In this document: positions 58,559 through 64,000 of the stretch, piece by piece
Position numbering within the stretch: the stretch's first letter is position 1
How the letters are laid out: each line of letters begins with the position of its first letter
Source of the DNA: Marsupella aquatica
Taxonomy: Eukaryota > Plantae > Marchantiophyta
Direction of reading: 5' to 3'
Assembly (NCBI GenBank): GCA_973895155.1
Contig: OZ316899.1
Span: 705,573 to 769,572, forward strand
Length of the DNA: 64,000 nt
Position numbers and translations under genes: made by a program
Notes under the pieces: generated by a model
What the model saw: the letters and a program-made list of their open reading frames with translations, nothing else
Databases searched by the model: none
Told to the model about the DNA's origin: nothing

Positions 58559-61216
58559 CTAATGCCTGGCACGCTTGCCAGAGCCGCCCGAATGGGAGCG
58601 GCCATCCCGCTGCCTTCAAAGCCTGTCATTGTCCGCCTTGAGGAGCTGGACCTGGTCCAGCAGAGATTCGTTCTCTCGCCTCGCCGCGTCCATCTCCTTT
58701 GCTGCCTCCTGACATGCCTCCTCCAGCTGCTGGGCGTCGCTCGTCAGTTTACCCGCCAGCTGGTCCTACTTCTCGGCCTTGGTTTGGAGCCGCACCACCT
58801 TGGCCTGCAGCGTGGCTATCTCCGCAGTGTCCCGCTGGGCCCGTTCTTCGGCCTCCTCCAGGTCCTTCTGCCAGATGACAGCTTGATTCTTCAAACTGTC
58901 AATCTGGTTCTGGAGTCGTGCAATCTCGGCCTCGTTCCCAGCTTTGGCCTGCTCGGCTAGGGCGGTAAGGGCGTGCGCCTTTGCTAACAAATCATTGGCG
59001 GCTGCAACCTTGGGTCGTAGTTGCAGAAGCTCAGCCTCTTGAGCCGCAACTTCATTCTTTAAGTAGATGGACTCCACCCGGTACCGCTCTATCCTCTGAA
59101 GGGCCTCTGACTGGGCCCAACCTGCCTTTACTGCGGCAACTAACTCCTGATTGAAGAAATAGGCTACCTTCCGGGCCATGAACTCCCCGGTATCCCGGGA
59201 AATTTGATGAGAGAAATCTCCCAGAAGCCCGTTCAGAAATGTACCCGGTACAAAGAGTTCCGAGTGGTCCAGGTTGTGCCTGTCCGGAGTTGGGCATTGG
59301 CAGACGTCAACACGCGCGGGGGCCGGGGCAGTGACGTCCAGCCCTAGGGACGTAATGTTGGAAGGGGCTGGAGTGTCCTCCTGCAGCAATGTCCGGTTCT
59401 CCGGAATAGCCACCGGTGGGTCATTGGGAGACCCGGGCTCGGGTAAGACCTCCGCCGTACCGACTTCTGTACTTAGCCCGGCCTGTTGGATCGCATCAAC
59501 GGTTGCGACAACCGACCCATCCGGTACCTCCTCGATTACGACTACAGCTACTTGTGGAGGTGGGGTGGGTGAAGCTGGCGTGTCCGCTGGACTTCGGGCC
59601 TCGGGTTGGGGCCGTCTCTCCAAGGCTGGAAAAACCCACCTAGTTGGGACCAACTTTGTAACGTTGACACGGGGAAGGGTTCGTCGATCAAACCGAGCGT
59701 ACCACTCAAGAATGATCTCGATGTGGCTAGCGAAATATGCCTTCCCGCCAATGTACAGCGTCTTCCTTCGCCGCTCCATCTCTTCATGGAATTTCTTAGC
59801 GAAGTACGACGCCCACTTCCTAGGTCGACAGTTCTTGACCTGGATAACCTGGGCGGCGGAGATCTCCCCCCGGGGTTCCATCATGTGGAGGGCGTACCTC
59901 TGGAACTCCAGTCACTCAACTATCTCGGGGATGAGGCAGGTCCTCATCACAAATCCGTTGTCCACTGCTCCTTCCGAGGGAAAACTTGAGGATTGGTACT
60001 TGGCTCCCTTGCCCCCGGGAGCCCGTGATTCGACTCGATGGTCACCTTCGGGTAATCCGAAGATCATCCTGAGCCGTTCTTCCGTGAGGGACATATTCCT
60101 TCCCCCCAGCCGAGTATGCTGACGTGTATCATCATAATTCTTGACGAATTCTGTCATGTCCTCCCCGTAGTACCTACAAGTGTTCCAGGGCAGAGCGACG
60201 AGGTGCTCGAATCCCTGAGTCTTCAGGTACACCGCATGCTTGGGATGGAGGATGTTCTTATGCACGTTTTCCCCCATGCGGTGCATTGTTACCTTGGCCA
60301 CGGCTACCGTGGCCAATGGTAACCCGGATGCAGTGGCGGGTTCCTTCCTCTTCTTCCCCCGTGACTGGTTCGGGGAAGGTGACACCTCCCCATCCTCTCG
60401 ATCGGGCATAGGTAGTACTACCGCCGTTAGTATTGGTCCCGGGGCGGCCACGGTCACCGTGTTGTCTGCTGGAGCCGCTCCTTGGGTCCGAGCATGGGGA
60501 GCGGACGATGCAGTGTCGGCCCCCTGAGTGTTTACTCCTCTGGGCCGCCTGAGCAAGGGTGGGGTAGCCTCGTTGTCGTCGCTAAGGTCCATAGCGTGGA
60601 TGACGGAGCGTACTTGTACTGCTGGCGGGGCGATCGGTGGTGGGGGTTGGCTAGACTGAGGCTGAGACTGAAGCTGAGCCTGAAGCTGAGCCTGAGCCTG
60701 AGTCTGCGTTGGTACGGGTACGGGTATGGGGTCCACTGGGCTGGCGCCGGTGGTTGCGGGTCTAGTTCCCATGAAGCTCTGCAGGTGCTGGTAGAAGTTC
60801 TTCGAAGCAAGTGCGGATGACCTTGTCGAACGGGTAGTGGTGGACTCGCTGTTGATGATAGCCCAAACCTGAGCAGGGATGTGGTCGAAGTGATGTCGTT
60901 ACAAGTCGATCGTACCCGGGATATTGAAGACCTCGTCCGGAAGCCGAAGCAATGCTTCCCAAAAACCAATATATTTGTCTCCGTTGAAGAAGTACCCAGA
61001 TACCTCTGCTGGTCGGTAAAGCTCGCTCTGAGACGGGTAGTCAAAGTTAAGGATGTAGTGGTGTCATCCTGCTAGGCGGATGGCTCTCTCGTACTCGCGT
61101 TCGATTTCATATCGGCGCGGGTTGGCGTGTTTCAATGAGTCGGCCAAGTGCCTTCCGGTAGATAGGAACTGCGTCCAGAATCGAATGGCCGAGCTGGAGA
61201 GGATCGTGTGCAACAT
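58559..61216 (-). pseudogene. LTR-encoded ~885-aa ORF in the 5' LTR of copy 2
   Basis: ATG at 61216 to TAG at 58561-58559 in one frame. Point stops near 61065, 59912 and 58766, all at positions different from copy 1. Confidence 0.88.
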
Positions 61217-61683
61217 TCAGAGGAGATAGTAGTGGCGACTTAGAGCGAACGAGAGAGCTGGGGTCGAAGCTGGCGCGTGGACTGATGGACTAGTGCACTC
61301 CAAAGGGTCGGCTCCCTTTTTATACCTTGAGGTCTTGCCGATCCCCCGACATCTCCTCGACGCCCATAGGCTGAACCGCTCACGCTTGTGGTGTACCGGC
61401 CACTCCCCCGGTCTGAGTCAGTGCGTGTCAGTGGCCGCTTCCTTAAGTTCGTTATACGGACCCGAGGGAGGGGCCCCTCCACGCTCGTAACCCCGGTGTG
61501 CGAATAGCGACCCGTCACCAGTCCGAACCTGAATTCCCCCTTATTGCCTAATGATGTCCTACCCATAATGATTACCTAAATATTGTCGTTATGCTAATAA
61601 TAGCCGCCTAAGACACTCCTAACGCGCGTGCTGAGTGCAGTTAGACCGAATCACTCATTAACCGCCGTACCGGCGGCGTCACA

Positions 61684-64000
61684 AAAGACACATACAAGGA
61701 AGTTCAACACACCCCGGGGGATTGCGAGAGGGATGTCTCCCTCTTACGAGGAAAACTTCGAGTCCTGAAAGCTGCTCTTATAAACACTTTCACTGATACG
61801 GAGCTCAAAGATTATTCTACCATTGAGGACCAGGTCCGTGCAGCGGAACACAAAGATGCGCAACTAGGCAGAAGACTCTCACGGATCAGATGGCTGGGGC
61901 AAGGTGATGAACCTTCAAATTTTTACTTTGCCACCATTGAGGCTAAAAGGTCTAGAGAATCGATGCCTTCTCTTCTGTTAGATAATGGGAACACTATCAC
62001 TCAAGATTTGTTGATCTTACAAGAAGTAGAGAAGCAGTGCGCTCTTTTGTATGAGCTCCTGAGGATTTGCGTAACAGTGAATCAAGGGAGGTCCGTAATG
62101 CTCGGCGCAAACTTCTTGCGCATACTCACAAGACTCTCACGGCAGAAGAAATCAAGAAACTAGAATCTCCGCCGACATTGGAGGAAATCCGTTGCACTCT
62201 TTGGCTACTTCCAGCGGACAAAGCTCCTGGTCCCGATGGCATCACTGCTGAGATATACAGATCTTGTTGGCATTTTATGAAGAATGATCTGTACGACATG
62301 ATTCTTGACTTTTGGAGAACAGGCACCCTCTCAGCTAATCTGAAGGAAGGCGTGATTAAGTTGATTCCTAAGAAACCTGACAAGCGGAGACTGAAGGATT
62401 GGCGCCCTCTAACAATGCTCAACACAGTATACAAAATTGTAGCTAAGCTTTTGGCCTTAAGACTTAAACCGCTCCTCAATAAGCTCATAAGTCCCCAGCA
62501 AACCGGTTTTATTCCGGGCCGACATATATTAGAAAATATCTCTATTGCTTGGATGACTGTCGATTGGGTCTGTTCCCAGAAGACTAGTGCACTTTTCTTG
62601 CTTCTTGATTTTGAAAAAGCATTTGATAGAGTATGTCACTCCTATATCTGGGAAGTTATGCATTTACTCGGTTTGGGTAGCCATTTCATTAGCCTGGTTA
62701 GATCCTTGCTTACTGGAGCCTATTCCAAAGTTCACGTCAACGGTATGTTCTCTCAGGACATCAAGATGCTTAGAGGGGTTTTTCAAGGGTGTCCTCTTTC
62801 CCCCCTTCTCTTCGTTATTGCCACTCAGCCGCTGATGGATTATTTGGACCACAAGATCCGTCAGGGCAGTTTCAGAGGCATTCAGGTCTCTGAATCTCTC
62901 TTGATCTCTTACAGACTATTTGCAGACAACTTGGGAATGGTTATACCAGCTACCGAAGAGGACTTCAAGGGAGCAACTGAGGCATTAGCCTGCTACAAAC
63001 TTGCCTCTGGTGCCGAGCTCAATCTTTGCAAATCGACGGTGATTCCCCTGACAACAGAAAATGTTCCCGAATGGCTTATGAACACTGGATGCAGAATTAG
63101 CCTTCCTGGAAAAATTCAGCGATATCTGGGTGCACCTCTTGGATGGGGCTTAATTGCCTCTCGACTTCACAAATTCTGTCTTGACAAGCTAAGCGCCAGA
63201 CTCTCTAGCTGGGCTACTCGTTTTCTATCGTTTACAGGACGCACTATTCTCATTAAACATGTGTTACAAGCGATACCCATCTATAACATGATGTTCTTGC
63301 GCAGCCCCAGCTCACTAGCCAAATCGATGGTTGCCTTATGCCGTGACTTCCTCTGGGGTTACAATGCTGCTGGCCGTAGAAAGATTCCTCTGGTTGCATG
63401 GCAAATGATGGCCAGACCCAAAATTGATGGCGGTCTTGGCTTCAAAGATTTTAGAAGTCATTCAGATGCGCTACTATGCCAATGGTTTACTCGAGCGCTG
63501 GATACGAAGCTGTCTGATTGGTCTTTCCTATTTGAAGCGAATCTTCGTATGGCAAAATGGAGGAATCCGAAACACATTCGGCGGAACAATTACTCTCTTT
63601 CCGATCTTTTATTACTCAGTTATCCTTTTTCCTTTGGCCGCCTTCACTACACAGGGGGATTGTGGAAGGCTTGGGAATCATTACGTTCCCATCTTATTTT
63701 CTCCCTGAAAGCATCTAGTGTCGCTAGCTGGTGGAGCATTGAGGACGTACTTAGATGTTTTGAAATCTTTCAGCAACTGGATGATCCTACTCTTTGCTCT
63801 ATGATTAAGCTATTGGGAAGAATAGGTATCAGGAAAATAGCAGATCTTAGGGGAGAACATGACGTGGTCTTACATTACTACAATGGCAAACTGTCACGTA
63901 TCAGAGGTTTTGAGTGGAGGATTCGGGAGCTGTGTCTGCTTTTCATCGGGAAAATCCAGGGCATTTCAGATGCGAGAGGCCCTCTCCAGTTTAGAGCCAC
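61684..64000 (+). mobile_element. L1-clade LINE ORF2 (linker and RT), 5' part cut off by the LTR insertion; open to the window end
   Basis: RWLGQGDEPSNFYF, KAPGPDG, WRPLTMLN, QTGFIPGR, LDFEKAFD, QGCPLSP, LFADN, RYLG, GGLG. By my reading the frame is open from ~62170 to the edge, with no stop, which may be why it is missing from the ORF track. Confidence 0.95.

Larger units (their letters stand above)
49976..61683 (-). mobile_element. Second, inverted and decayed copy of the Athila-like family (copy 2); 3' LTR truncated
   Basis: 5' LTR 57664-61683, PBS 57634-57651, gag-pol 51535-57540, 3' LTR 51567 down to ~49976. Confidence 0.94.

Overview
Eukaryotic DNA made almost entirely of nested transposable elements; no intact host gene is evident. 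It is probably from a non-seed land plant (inferred from TTTAGGG repeats, GT-AG introns, and CACTA, chromovirus, Athila-like and L1 elements). Layout: (1) 1 to ~24032, a large decayed host element, open to the left. It has a minus-strand transposase-like gene (Tnp1-like barrels plus a Cys-cluster/HGNxG region), a 169-bp array and a coiled-coil gene. It also has a ~1,780-codon gene reading ParB-like domain, amino-(N6A/N4C)-methyltransferase-like domain, Ulp1/C48 protease, followed by an FCP1-like HAD phosphatase gene. About 12 copies of a palindrome TCTACRCGA-N3-TCGTGTAGA lie almost all in its non-coding parts. (2) Inserted in it: a 2.96-kb non-autonomous Copia-like element (1433-4395, TSD GAATG) and a 10-kb CACTA (6692-16667, 14-bp TIRs) whose transposase gene carries a SET-domain exon. 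(3) 24040-45294, old LTR repeats and a chromovirus, split by an Athila-like element (30129-44213, TSD GTCTA) with an intact 1999-aa gag-pol and ~4-kb LTRs that each contain an ~880-codon gene. (4) 45295-49760, a second family whose 3.9-kb LTR carries a homologous 960-codon gene. (5) 49976-61683, an inverted, rearranged second copy of the first Athila-like family. (6) 61684-64000, L1-type LINE ORF2. Best novelty candidates: the ParB-MTase-Ulp1 element with its dispersed palindromes, the SET-transposase CACTA, and the gene-bearing LTRs. All family assignments come from motif recognition by eye; no database search was run.
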